The notes: generated by a model not told the origin, from the letters alone. Numbered from the stretch's first letter, positions 40,363 to 50,456 are shown. The stretch: 64,000 bases of DNA from Fibrobacteria bacterium (GCA_043745805.1 JAYTSD010000020.1:64001-128000); one strand, 5' to 3'. Numbers and translations are program-made.

Positions 40363-40407
40363 TTATGTATGTAAATTAAAAGATAATCTTTCGATTTACA
40401 TACATAA
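40363..40407. promoter_or_regulatory. Operator-like palindrome 2 with the same 31-bp core
   Basis: TTATGTATGTAAAT-N17-ATTTACATACATAA. Confidence 0.6.
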
Positions 40408-40535
40408 ATGACACCCCTTCTTTGGGGACATTTAAGGAAGTAAGGCAGGAATCAAGCGGGGAAAATATTGAAAAGTATTCCGAAAGGTCACTTCATGCCT
40501 TGTAACCCTCGGTAAACTCTTTTACAATTTCCTTC

Positions 40536-41975
40536 ATGAATAAAAAGCCTAAGTCCAGCCAATCTCAGTCAGCTTCAGCGAGTAAGCTTAACCCGAAAAC
40601 CCCAAAGCCGGTTAAAATGTGGGCCGGTCGTTTTGACACGGGCATGGCGAATTCTATGGAAAAGCTTTCTATAAGCTTGTCATTTGATCGCAAATTATTT
40701 CGCGAGGATATTGCCGGAAGTATTGCGCATGCTTATGGATTGCAAGCCGCGGGAGTGCTTACGGCTGCGGAATTAAAAGCGATGGAAAAAGGTTTGCGCG
40801 AAGTGGAAAGCGATTTGGCTGCCGGTAAAGATTTATTTCAACCTAATGACGAAGATATTCATATGGCCATTGAGCGCATACTGAGCGAGCGTATTGGCGA
40901 TTTAGGAAAAAAATTACATACGGGCCGTAGCCGCAATGATCAAGTGATAACCGATGTGAAATTATATATTCGCGGACAGGCAAAGAATACCATTGAAAAA
41001 ATCAAAGTATTACAAAGCGCATTGTATTTTAAAGCGCAGGAATATACTAAGGCGATTATGCCCGGCTATACGCATGTGCAACAGGCTCAGCCCATTTATA
41101 TTTCTCATTATTTACTGTCTTTTTTTTGGGCTTTAGAAAGAGATAAAGCGCGCTTAATCCATGTGCAAAAAAGTGCAGGGCAAATGCCTTTAGGTTCGGG
41201 AGCTCTAGCAGGATCGGCTTTTCCTTATGAGCGTGCTTTTGTGGCGAAAAAATTAGGCTTTCCCGATTTATCTCCCAATAGTTTAGATGCGACGGCGCAT
41301 CGTGATTTTTCTTTAGAGTTCTTAAATGCGCTAGGAACTATTGGCGTATTGCTTAGCCGTTATGCCGAAGATTTTGTGTTATGGAGCACGCAAGAATATA
41401 ATTACATTGAGCTGGGAGAAGCCTATACCACCGGCTCCAGCATGATGCCTCAGAAAAAAAATCCCGACTCGATGGAATTAATTCGTGGCAAAGCAGGGCG
41501 CTTATTAGGAAATTACACGCGCTTGTTTACTACGCTCAAAGGCTTGCCTATGGCTTATGATAGAGATTTGCAAGAAGATAAAGAACCTTTATTTGATTCG
41601 GTGGAAACGATAGATATTTGTTTAGAGGTGATGGCCGAAGCCATAGCCTCGGTAAAATTTAAAACCGAAATCATTGCAAGTAAAATGCATCCGGGTATGT
41701 TAACGACAGATTTGGCGGATTATTTAGTGGAAAAAAATATTCCTTTTCGTGATGCTCATCACATCGTGGGGGCTTTGGTGAAACAGGCCGAATTAAAAGG
41801 GTGCTCTTTCTTGGAATTATCCGCAGCGGATTGGAAACACATTCCAGAGGGCGAAAAATTTCGTAAGCAATTGACTTTTGCTTATTCTGCGGAGAGACGT
41901 AACATTGAAGGTGGAACAGGTAGTGCTTCTGTGAAGCGGCAATTTGCTCAAGCCAAAAAAATCCTCGCTTTATAA
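40536..41975 (+). CDS. argH: Argininosuccinate lyase
   Basis: MWAGRF, EDIHMAIE, LHTGRSRNDQV, TGSSMMPQKKNPD, DLQEDKE. Confidence 0.97.
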   Translation: MNKKPKSSQSQSASASKLNPKTPKPVKMWAGRFDTGMANSMEKLSISLSFDRKLFREDIAGSIAHAYGLQAAGVLTAAELKAMEKGLREVESDLAAGKDLFQPNDEDIHMAIERILSERIGDLGKKLHTGRSRNDQVITDVKLYIRGQAKNTIEKIKVLQSALYFKAQEYTKAIMPGYTHVQQAQPIYISHYLLSFFWALERDKARLIHVQKSAGQMPLGSGALAGSAFPYERAFVAKKLGFPDLSPNSLDATAHRDFSLEFLNALGTIGVLLSRYAEDFVLWSTQEYNYIELGEAYTTGSSMMPQKKNPDSMELIRGKAGRLLGNYTRLFTTLKGLPMAYDRDLQEDKEPLFDSVETIDICLEVMAEAIASVKFKTEIIASKMHPGMLTTDLADYLVEKNIPFRDAHHIVGALVKQAELKGCSFLELSAADWKHIPEGEKFRKQLTFAYSAERRNIEGGTGSASVKRQFAQAKKILAL

Positions 41976-42034
41976 ACGTGAAAAATTTAAGGCGTTTTAC
42001 AAACGCATAAACCTTTAATGGATTCGATATTGCA

Positions 42035-43336
42035 TTGAGCTTGACCACAGAGAATGAAATACCGGAGTTACCTTCGGAAGAAAAAAAACTGGGAGGGATT
42101 TATGTCGGCCCACCAAAAATTCGTGAAGCTTTAATCTTTAGTTTTTGGGATGGTTTTTTATTCTCGGCTATCATTGCGCTGAATGAAACCTTTGGTATAG
42201 CGGCAGCCCTTTCACTAAAAGCCACTGCTATGGCTATCGCCTTAATGAATTGTTTGCCCATATTACTCGGCACTTTAGGTCAATTCTTTTTACCCATTTT
42301 ATCGAAATGGAAAAAACATCCCAAATATTATGTGTTACATGGAGCGCGGGCGCAAAGTTGCTTTTTGTTTTTAGCAGGGTTTACTGGTTGGTTACCTGAA
42401 CGTTATGCGGTTTGGCTATTTATTCTCACCTTTGTAATAGCGGGCATAGCCGGTAATTTAACCAATGGCCCGTGGATGGTGTGGATGGCGGGCTTAGTCG
42501 ATGATGGTGTACGCGGCCGACATTTTGCATGGCGCAATCGTTTTTTTGCTTGGATACAATTTTGTTTTTCCTTAGGCAGCGGGATTATAGCTCGACATTA
42601 TAATTCGGGTAATGCACCTTGGTTACTCTTTGCGGGAATATTTGTGCTGGGAGGAATGATCCGTTTTGTTTCTTTTCAACTTTTAAAAAAACAATATGCT
42701 CCCGCGCATACTCCTCAGCCCTTTGATTTGCGGCGCTTTAAACCGCATCCCGATTTTATGCGCTATGCCATCGCGGCTGCTTTATTTCAGGGCTTAGCGG
42801 CTATGACGGGACCTTTTTTCAATGTCTGGTTTTTGCGTGATTTGCAATTTAATTATTTGTATTTCTCCATGGCACAAGCCGGTGTCGTTTTAGGAACGCT
42901 GATTTCTTTGTCAATGTGGGGAAAAATTTCCGATACTTATGGAAGTCGACGGGTAATTCAAATTTCCGCTTTTATGGCTTGTCTTATCCCTTTAAACTTT
43001 TTGTTTTTCCATCAAGCCATTGCCATTTGGATAATTAGTCTCTATAGCGGCGCAGCTTGGGGCGGTTATAACGTGGCTTCATTGCATTATATTATGAGTG
43101 CTAGCGATCATGCCGAACGTAACGCCTATATTACCTTCTCGGCGGCCCTCACCGGAATTGGGGTTTTTGTCTTTAGCTTAATTGGGGGATATTTGGCGAC
43201 ACATATTCCTGAAATTTTCACTTGGCGTTTACAAAGCTTATTTTTGTTTTCTGGAATATTACGACTTTTAGTTTTCGCTTGCTTTTTTTTAAAACTCAAA
43301 GACTTCGGTAAGCGCCATATAGCCCTAGTCCATTGA
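42035..43336 (+). CDS. MFS transporter
   Basis: Multi-TM protein; RGRHFAWRNR, WGKISDTYGSRRV. Confidence 0.85.
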   Translation: MSLTTENEIPELPSEEKKLGGIYVGPPKIREALIFSFWDGFLFSAIIALNETFGIAAALSLKATAMAIALMNCLPILLGTLGQFFLPILSKWKKHPKYYVLHGARAQSCFLFLAGFTGWLPERYAVWLFILTFVIAGIAGNLTNGPWMVWMAGLVDDGVRGRHFAWRNRFFAWIQFCFSLGSGIIARHYNSGNAPWLLFAGIFVLGGMIRFVSFQLLKKQYAPAHTPQPFDLRRFKPHPDFMRYAIAAALFQGLAAMTGPFFNVWFLRDLQFNYLYFSMAQAGVVLGTLISLSMWGKISDTYGSRRVIQISAFMACLIPLNFLFFHQAIAIWIISLYSGAAWGGYNVASLHYIMSASDHAERNAYITFSAALTGIGVFVFSLIGGYLATHIPEIFTWRLQSLFLFSGILRLLVFACFFLKLKDFGKRHIALVH

Positions 43337-43458
43337 GCCTCTTCCTGACTTGAGGTTGAATTTGGCAAAATCTGAATCGTCAAAAACCATGGCGATAAAC
43401 AGGGAATAGATTACATTTTGCGGAAACCTTTCAGAGGAATTTAAAAAGGAATTAAGCA

Positions 43459-44757
43459 ATGTCACTCGATCCACAAGCTCAACAATTAAATAATGCGATT
43501 CAACAAAACCGCCCTGCCGTACTTGATATGTTATCACTTAAAGGTAAAGCGATTTTTTTTCCAAAACTCGGCATCTTATCACAAAGTGCTGATGCTAATG
43601 GAAAATCCATTAATGCTACCATAGGCATTGCTTTGGAAGAGGATGGCGCTCCTATGGCTTTAGGTAGCTTGAGTAAACAAATCGCCCTACCTGCCGCACA
43701 AGTTTTTCCTTATGCACCGAGCCCAGGCAAGCCCGATATTCGCAAATTGTGGAAAGAAATGATCGGACAAAAAAATCCGAGCTTAAATGGAAAAAGTTTT
43801 AGTTCCCCAGTAGTGTGTTCGGCGCTCACGCATGGCTTGAGCATGGCGGGCTATTTATTTTGCGATGAAGGGGATAAAGTGATTTTGCCCGATTTGTATT
43901 GGGAAAATTATGATTTACTTTTCACTCATGCATATGCAGCCGAGCTGGATGGCTTTGCCACTTATACACCCGATGGAAAATTTAATGTCGACGGTTTGGA
44001 ACAGAAATTAGCAACGGGATCCATCGGTAAAAAAATTGTTTGTTTAAATTTCCCCAATAATCCTAGCGGTTACACCCCTTCGATTGCTGAAGTGGAAGCG
44101 ATAGTTGCCGTGCTCAAAGCCGCAGCGGAAAAGGGCAATAAAGTAGTGGTACTTATTGATGATGCTTATTTTGGATTGGTATTTGAAGACGGTGTTTTTA
44201 AAGAAAGTATTTTCACTAAGCTTTGTGAGTTACATCCCAATTTATTGGCAGTAAAAATTGATGGTCCTACGAAGGAAGATTATGCTTGGGGCTTTCGCGT
44301 AGGTTTTATCACTTATGGTATTCAAGGCGCCACACCTGCTTTGTACGAGGCTTTAGAAGCTAAAACTGGCGGTGCCATTCGCGGTAATATTTCCAACTCT
44401 TCGCATATGGGTCAAAGTCTTTTAGTAAAGTCATGGTCTTCGGCGGAATATGCAGGCGAAAAACAACGCGCTTTTGATTTGTTGAAAAAACGTTATGATA
44501 AGGTAAAAGCTATTTTAGCGGCGCATCCAGAATATGCTGCGGAGTTTTTGCCATTGCCTTTTAACTCGGGTTATTTCATGTGTATTCGCCCTTTAAAAGT
44601 TGATGTGGAACAATTGCGCCAGAAATTATTGGCTGACTATTCCACAGGTGTCATTGCTTTTAATGGTATTGTGCGTGTGGCCTTTTCGGCCACGCCTACG
44701 GAAAAGCTCGAACCTTTATTTGCCAATATTTATGAAGCGATAAAAGCCTTAGGATAA
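43459..44757 (+). CDS. Class I/II PLP-dependent aminotransferase (aspartate aminotransferase-like)
   Basis: NATIG, NFPNNPSGY, DDAYFGL, KIDGPTKEDYAWGFRVG. Confidence 0.9.
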   Translation: MSLDPQAQQLNNAIQQNRPAVLDMLSLKGKAIFFPKLGILSQSADANGKSINATIGIALEEDGAPMALGSLSKQIALPAAQVFPYAPSPGKPDIRKLWKEMIGQKNPSLNGKSFSSPVVCSALTHGLSMAGYLFCDEGDKVILPDLYWENYDLLFTHAYAAELDGFATYTPDGKFNVDGLEQKLATGSIGKKIVCLNFPNNPSGYTPSIAEVEAIVAVLKAAAEKGNKVVVLIDDAYFGLVFEDGVFKESIFTKLCELHPNLLAVKIDGPTKEDYAWGFRVGFITYGIQGATPALYEALEAKTGGAIRGNISNSSHMGQSLLVKSWSSAEYAGEKQRAFDLLKKRYDKVKAILAAHPEYAAEFLPLPFNSGYFMCIRPLKVDVEQLRQKLLADYSTGVIAFNGIVRVAFSATPTEKLEPLFANIYEAIKALG

Positions 44758-44758
44758 A

Positions 44759-46042
44759 TTACTGTAACCTGTCTGTTAACTCCCCTTGAAGAAAATTTAA
44801 GACTTCAGGGGGCGTTGCAGAAACAAAATCTGGTTGTAATCTCAGCTCCGCTAATAGATTTTCCGAAACTTGTACACATTCTAATTCTAAAGTATTGCGT
44901 ATGCGCATAATGCGTGCGCTATTTATTTTTTCGGGTTGCTCACTAAAAGCATAATTTAAGGCGGCTTGCAAAGCGGTTTCATCATTTTCACAAACGAGTG
45001 GGATGAATCCTCGGCGAATAAAACCACTGGTCAAAACATTTTTGCGAGTAATTTCCCAATCGATTTTTTGCACTACTCGTTTTACCGTGAAGTCGGCTAA
45101 ACCAATACCTAAAGCATTTCCATGCGTTTCGGTACTTAAGTTTAAAACTAATATGGCTTTAATTTGCGGCGTTAAGGGCTCGGATTGACCGTCAATACGC
45201 AAACGACCAATGACATTAGTGTCCATGCCTGTTCCGCTAAAATTTTTCCCCATGACATCGACAATGAGCACATCGACATTTTTCAGTGGAAGGTCTGGCG
45301 TTAACCTTTTTGCCACTTGCAATAATTGTTTTTCACCTTCGTCCAATTCTTCTTTGCTGAGGGCTTTTAATTCGGCTAGATGATGATTTCCATCTTCCAC
45401 CATGGCAAAACCGGCCACCCAATTAATTTTTTGTAGTAACACCCGCGCTACCTCGGGCATATAGTCGCGTAAACCTTGAGGGCCATGACTATGTAATAAT
45501 ACAGCACCTGCTTCTTTGCCTAATCCTATGGCGAGCATTTTGTGTAAGCCGCTTTCCAAAGGACCTTGAAAACTAGTATGCCCTTTAATGCGATTAATCA
45601 AAATAAGACCATCGGCCTCGGTGACAAAACGATCTAAATGCGCAGGAATATTTCCAAAGTGTGCTGAGGATTGCCCCAAAATGACGGTATCCATAGTGGC
45701 TCGAATGGGGCAGCGCATAGACTCTTCATCAATACCCAAGGATTTTAAAACCTCAATTTGACCTTGTGCAGTAGCGCCTCCATGGCTGCCCATGGCAGGG
45801 ACAATAAAAGGTTCTCCACCAGCTAGTTTAATTTGATCGACTACAGCGCGTGCCACTTTATCAATAGCATGAATGCCTCGGCTTCCTAAACCAATAGCGA
45901 TGCGCTTACCTTGCACCGCCAAAGCGAGGTTTAAACGCAGCCATTCATCGGCAACCGTTTTTTCAATATTTACCGCAGGCCGAGAGAGTAACTTTCGAGT
46001 TACCCAAGAAAAACGTGGCAGAGAAAAGTTTGCAACAGAAAT
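44759..46042 (-). CDS. LarA/DUF362-like (lactate racemase N-terminal domain family) protein; probable ATT start at 46042 (ORF track uses TTG 45922)
   Basis: GSRGI, VPAMGSHGGATAQGQ, NRIKGHTSF, GKNFSGTGMDTNVIGR, HGNALGIG. Confidence 0.8.
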   Translation of the reverse strand: MSVANFSLPRFSWVTRKLLSRPAVNIEKTVADEWLRLNLALAVQGKRIAIGLGSRGIHAIDKVARAVVDQIKLAGGEPFIVPAMGSHGGATAQGQIEVLKSLGIDEESMRCPIRATMDTVILGQSSAHFGNIPAHLDRFVTEADGLILINRIKGHTSFQGPLESGLHKMLAIGLGKEAGAVLLHSHGPQGLRDYMPEVARVLLQKINWVAGFAMVEDGNHHLAELKALSKEELDEGEKQLLQVAKRLTPDLPLKNVDVLIVDVMGKNFSGTGMDTNVIGRLRIDGQSEPLTPQIKAILVLNLSTETHGNALGIGLADFTVKRVVQKIDWEITRKNVLTSGFIRRGFIPLVCENDETALQAALNYAFSEQPEKINSARIMRIRNTLELECVQVSENLLAELRLQPDFVSATPPEVLNFLQGELTDRLQ

Positions 46043-46046
46043 AAAA

Positions 46047-46598
46047 TTATTCCTTAAATTCCAACATTAATTTTGCAAGTACATCTTCAGCTGATTTTTT
46101 ATTCACTAAGGAGGTAGATACTTCAAAGGCCAAGCAATTTCCACTTTGGCAAGCGCCTTTTTTAAAAACTGCTGGTACACCTACAGAGTCGCCAGAGAAG
46201 GCCCAAAGTCGAGATTCTCCATCTAAGAAATCATTTTCATAATTGAGAATTACGGCTCGCCCACCGTGGGGATAGTACAACATCCACTTGCCATTTTTTT
46301 TTCCGGCTGTGTAATATTTTTCCCATTTTAAGGTACCACTTTCGTACCAAGCTTGCGATACACCTTCTTTTTGTCCATCTTTCCATTGAATCATTTCTTG
46401 ATGGGTCCAGTTTTTATAATTCAAAATTTGCGTACCATGTTTAACTTCGCCGGTAGGTGTAATTTTTTCGGACCATTCTTCTCGGATAGCGCGACCATCC
46501 GAATAGTAGGAAATATGTTTTTTGAGTTCTTCTTTTTTGGAACAGGCTAAGAGTAAAATCCCCATCACCATTCCCGAGAGTAATAATTTTTTTTGCAT
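46047..46598 (-). CDS. MORN-variant repeat (YwqK-like) lipoprotein
   Basis: Lipobox LLAC; WKDGQKEG...WYESG, GKKNGKWMLYYPHG repeats. Confidence 0.75.
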   Translation of the reverse strand: MQKKLLLSGMVMGILLLACSKKEELKKHISYYSDGRAIREEWSEKITPTGEVKHGTQILNYKNWTHQEMIQWKDGQKEGVSQAWYESGTLKWEKYYTAGKKNGKWMLYYPHGGRAVILNYENDFLDGESRLWAFSGDSVGVPAVFKKGACQSGNCLAFEVSTSLVNKKSAEDVLAKLMLEFKE

Positions 46599-46665
46599 AA
46601 TATTTTTACCCCAAACTATTTTGATACTTGTTCAAATGTTTTCTTAAAAGATATACAATAAACCT

Positions 46666-47661
46666 TTATGGGTTTTGCAACACTGCATTTTCCATTTCCA
46701 GAAAGGTTTTTATTTGTAGGCTACTATCGGCAGCTGTGAGCCTAACCTTGCGCGCAGCCAAGCGAGTGAAAACATGCAAATGGGAGTTTACGATTTCAAC
46801 AGCTACCATTCCTGTCCCTTTTTTCCTTAAGCCCTTTTTTAAATATAAGGCGCTGATAGGGTCAGTAACTCCATCATACTTGGACTTATATACCTTAGTT
46901 TTGCTTCCCTCCGGAAGGGTTAAGCCACTTTCTAAACGATTCTTTACTTTATTAATGAGATCATATAATTCCTGTAAATCCTCTTGCGGGCGGTTTACAT
47001 ACCAATGTGCATTATACGTGGAATCCCCTTTGTCGGGAACATTTCCTAAAATCGGTCCTACTACTTTTACCAAACTCAGTACTTTACTGGACGACACTAC
47101 AATGGGGTCGATAAGGAAAATATTTTTCGGCAAAACTTTTTTGGGATTGGAAGCACTATCAAATGCACCTTCCGCAATTTGCTCCAACAATAAAGCCCCA
47201 CCAGTGGAAGAAGCGGCAAAACTTATATTGCGATAGCCTTTATTTACCAATGCATAATATTCATCTAAAATAGGTTTACCCCAATCTCGCCATGTGCTGG
47301 TGCGAAATGTTTCAACATCTCGGCCATGACCTCCAAGTAATACCAAAGAGGTTTGTATGGCATTGGCATTTATTACTTCCTCACGATTCTTAAACTCTTG
47401 CCATTCAAAAGTGGAAGCGGTAAAGCCATGCACACAAATAATCACGGGCTTTTGTAAAAAAGTAGTGTCCGTCAAAATCCGTTTGGAAACCAAATAAGAC
47501 GTATCCATCAAGGATGTATCTTGTATGCTAGGCCCGTCTAGCCACAATTCTTTACATGGTTGATCACATTCCACATCCACCAATTGGCAAGCCAAGAACA
47601 TGAATCCGGCGATTAAAAATAAGCTTCCAAAAGTTTTTTTAATATTTGTGATATTCATCAT
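46666..47661 (-). CDS. Alpha/beta hydrolase (esterase/lipase-like) lipoprotein
   Basis: Lipobox FLAC; VHGFTAS oxyanion motif; GGHG; nucleophile elbow ASSTGG. Confidence 0.8.
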   Translation of the reverse strand: MMNITNIKKTFGSLFLIAGFMFLACQLVDVECDQPCKELWLDGPSIQDTSLMDTSYLVSKRILTDTTFLQKPVIICVHGFTASTFEWQEFKNREEVINANAIQTSLVLLGGHGRDVETFRTSTWRDWGKPILDEYYALVNKGYRNISFAASSTGGALLLEQIAEGAFDSASNPKKVLPKNIFLIDPIVVSSSKVLSLVKVVGPILGNVPDKGDSTYNAHWYVNRPQEDLQELYDLINKVKNRLESGLTLPEGSKTKVYKSKYDGVTDPISALYLKKGLRKKGTGMVAVEIVNSHLHVFTRLAARKVRLTAADSSLQIKTFLEMENAVLQNP

Positions 47662-48182
47662 AAATTCACCCAGAATCCGAAATTAAAAATGCCAGGATAA
47701 AGTGTAGAGGTGCGCATAAAAAGCGGTGTATAGGAAAGGCCCACATCATAATAAAAGCCATATTGTCCTTGCTGCAAATTAATATTTAAACCGGCTACGG
47801 TAGAAAATATATAGGCGCTATTTTTAATATCCAAACCCTCCGTATCAAAGCGGTTATAGCCTAAATCCAGTTGCACATAAGGATCGAAAATATTTTTGCG
47901 GCGAAAATGCCAAGCTGTTCCAAGTAAAAAATAATCTTGGCGAGGAATATGTCTGCCAACAACTTCTTCTAAACGACTAGTTAAATAAGCCGCCTTAAAC
48001 TGTAATTTGTGTTTGGCCAAATAAAAATTAGAATATCCCAATTCTATTCCAGGATACAAATCTTGCCCAGGAGCAAAATCCCATATTCCTTGAGTGCGAA
48101 TACCCCAATTCCAAATCCCCTCTTGTGCTTGTCCTTGCAAAGCTCCAAAACATAGAGCAAAGCCAATCCATAAACCTTTAAT
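47658..48182 (-). CDS. Small outer-membrane beta-barrel protein; probable ATT start at 48182 (ORF track uses TTG 48140)
   Basis: Alternating aromatic strands (DPYVQLDLGY, FYYDVGLSY, FNFGFWVNL); signal peptide appears only in the upstream in-frame extension. Confidence 0.65.
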   Translation of the reverse strand: MKGLWIGFALCFGALQGQAQEGIWNWGIRTQGIWDFAPGQDLYPGIELGYSNFYLAKHKLQFKAAYLTSRLEEVVGRHIPRQDYFLLGTAWHFRRKNIFDPYVQLDLGYNRFDTEGLDIKNSAYIFSTVAGLNINLQQGQYGFYYDVGLSYTPLFMRTSTLYPGIFNFGFWVNL

Positions 48183-48321
48183 AAAACCTCCCTTACCTAT
48201 TCGTCAAAATACGGAGTAATGCTTGTGACCTCAAGGCGAAAAAGTTAACTTCCCAAGCAAGGGTAAAGCGAATATGTGGCTGCCTATTTATTGACGGACA
48301 TTTGACGAACATGGTGATGAA

Positions 48322-48690
48322 ATGGTAATTAAAAATTCCGAACCCTCAAACGAAGCTTTGCAATTAGCCATTAAGTATGAAGAACGTTTATGGACGGCAG
48401 CGCGTTTTGAAGCCTCGGAATCAGGATTTGAATTCACCTTTCCTTGCGGTACCGTGGTTCGTGATTTAATTCGTGCGGGAGTTAAACAAATGCTCAAAAG
48501 CTATCGTATGAGCGCCATGGATTTTGAAGAAGCGGAAGAAAACTGGAGTAAATTTATGGCGACCATGCTCAAGGAAGCCCTCAAAAATCCATCCAAAGCA
48601 GATAGAAACCCATTGTTAAAAAAACAGCCCTTGCGCGAAAGTGCGTTTGTAATGGCTAAGCATGAATGTCCAGCTTGGCCTTTTTGTTGA
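48322..48690 (+). CDS. Hypothetical protein
   Basis: 122-aa ORF filling the gap between neighbours; ends HECPAWPFC. Confidence 0.6.
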   Translation: MVIKNSEPSNEALQLAIKYEERLWTAARFEASESGFEFTFPCGTVVRDLIRAGVKQMLKSYRMSAMDFEEAEENWSKFMATMLKEALKNPSKADRNPLLKKQPLRESAFVMAKHECPAWPFC

Positions 48691-48872
48691 TAAATGTCGG
48701 CTAGGAAAAGGACTCGGGCATTATAACCTGTGGGGTAACGTAGAAGTCAAGCAGGATAAGGACTTAGTCTTTTATCCCCATTTTTTGGCAGAAATTGTTT
48801 ATTTTAACCTCCAATAAGCCTCCGCAAAAGACTATTTTCTCTCCTTCCTATCACTTTAAAAAGGGGATTTTC

Positions 48873-50456
48873 ATGATCAGCCTTCCCAATCACTCCAAAT
48901 ACCTGCTATTGGTACTTTCAACACTTTCCTTTGCTTTGAGCACGGAAATAGACGAAGTCTATGAACCCACTTCCAACTGGAATGGAACGCGTGGTCTTAC
49001 TCAAGTTATCTCTGCGGAATCTATGGGAGCAGGGCGTTTAACATTGCATGGGCACGGCACGCTTTATCAACAAGATCGAAATTTCGCAGGCACGACGGCT
49101 AGTAAAGGCACTAATGTAAGCACTGGAATGGGAGCGGTTTCTTTTGGATTAAGTCCCTATATCGATGGTTTTATTACCGGCGGTATTTTTAATATGAATG
49201 GCGGGAATTATAATGTAAGCGCTGGAACAACTAGCTTTTCGGGTGGTTTGCAAGGTTCCATACCTTTTCCCGAAACCGTGCCGGCACGGTTAGGTATTCA
49301 AGTGGCAGCCATTACGGGCACTGCCGAGGAACAAATTAACACCAACGGAGCCGATGGTTACAATTACTTTGAAATGCGTACGGCTACTGATTTTGTAGCG
49401 CGTTTAACACAAAGTCTTTTATTTAATGGGGATGGCGTCTATTTAAAATTGCACTTGAATGAAGGCATGGTCAGCTCCTTAGAAAAAGGAAAATCCATGG
49501 TACTTTTACAGGCAGCAGCTATTGAATTTTCTCCGCATCCCACTGTTGTTACAGGGGTAGAAATTAGCTCCCGAACGTTTTTCAAAAATTCACAAAATAC
49601 GGATCCGTTTTGGATTACTCCTAGTTTAACAGTACGTACGCCTTTTCATTTAAACGCACAAATTGGTGCCGACATTTCCCTTTCAGCCGATCGCCCACTT
49701 CCCACTTTAGATAGAGCCTTGGAACCTTGGCGAGCCTTTGGAAGTTTAACGCTTTCCTTTGATTTGCTTGCCGGCAAAAGACGTGAAGCACGCGATAGGG
49801 CTGCTCGTGATTCCATTGAGCGCGCAAAACTAGAAGAGCAAGCGCGGTTAGCACAAAAAATGTTGGAAGACATGGCCCGTAAAGCCAAACAAGATTCCAT
49901 CAATGCAGAAGAAGCCAATCGTTTAGGGAGATTACGTGCAGATTCCTTAGCCGCAAAATCTCATCAGGATTCCTTAGTCTTGGCTTCCAAAGCGCATCAA
50001 GATTCTTTAGCTTTAGCAGAAGCTAATCGAAGACTAGAAGAAGAACGCAATAAGCGTCCAGATTGGGAGAGAGAATTTTTACGCACAGGCGTATTGAATT
50101 TAGAAGCTCTTTATTTCGAAACGGCCAAAGCACAGATTTCCATTAACTCCAAGCCCTATTTGAATTTGGTAGGCCGTATGCTTTCAAAATATCCCAAGCT
50201 CGATATGGAAATTGCAGGTCACACGGATAATACGGGTAAACCAGCAAAGAACTTGACCCTTAGTGAAGATCGAGCGAATGAAGTGCGCGTATATTTAACT
50301 TCGGCCTATCCTACTTTGAATGGGCATTTAACGGCACATGGTTATGGTGCCACTGTTCCTAAAGAAAGCAATACCACGTCGCAAGGACGACAAATAAATC
50401 GTCGTGTAGAAATTAAAGTTTTGAATAAAGATGTGTTGAAAGAGTATGCGCCTTAA
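48873..50456 (+). CDS. OmpA-family outer membrane protein (barrel, coiled-coil linker, peptidoglycan-binding domain)
   Basis: LYFETAKA, IAGHTDNTG, NLTLSEDRANEV, GRQINRRVEI; ATG 48873 follows AAGGGG. Confidence 0.9.
   Translation: MISLPNHSKYLLLVLSTLSFALSTEIDEVYEPTSNWNGTRGLTQVISAESMGAGRLTLHGHGTLYQQDRNFAGTTASKGTNVSTGMGAVSFGLSPYIDGFITGGIFNMNGGNYNVSAGTTSFSGGLQGSIPFPETVPARLGIQVAAITGTAEEQINTNGADGYNYFEMRTATDFVARLTQSLLFNGDGVYLKLHLNEGMVSSLEKGKSMVLLQAAAIEFSPHPTVVTGVEISSRTFFKNSQNTDPFWITPSLTVRTPFHLNAQIGADISLSADRPLPTLDRALEPWRAFGSLTLSFDLLAGKRREARDRAARDSIERAKLEEQARLAQKMLEDMARKAKQDSINAEEANRLGRLRADSLAAKSHQDSLVLASKAHQDSLALAEANRRLEEERNKRPDWEREFLRTGVLNLEALYFETAKAQISINSKPYLNLVGRMLSKYPKLDMEIAGHTDNTGKPAKNLTLSEDRANEVRVYLTSAYPTLNGHLTAHGYGATVPKESNTTSQGRQINRRVEIKVLNKDVLKEYAP

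Noticed and set aside
39010-40535. Integrative element or prophage at tRNA-Leu
   Set aside because: No integrase, phage genes or duplicated tRNA 3' end seen
44759-46042. Calling the gene larA (lactate racemase)
   Set aside because: Only family-level similarity, and no larB/C/E cofactor genes in the window
46628-47236. 202-aa plus-strand ORF
   Set aside because: Antisense to a well-supported hydrolase and lacks motifs
49780-50040. xDSL/xDSI repeats in the OmpA linker
   Set aside because: Ordinary low-complexity coiled-coil linker
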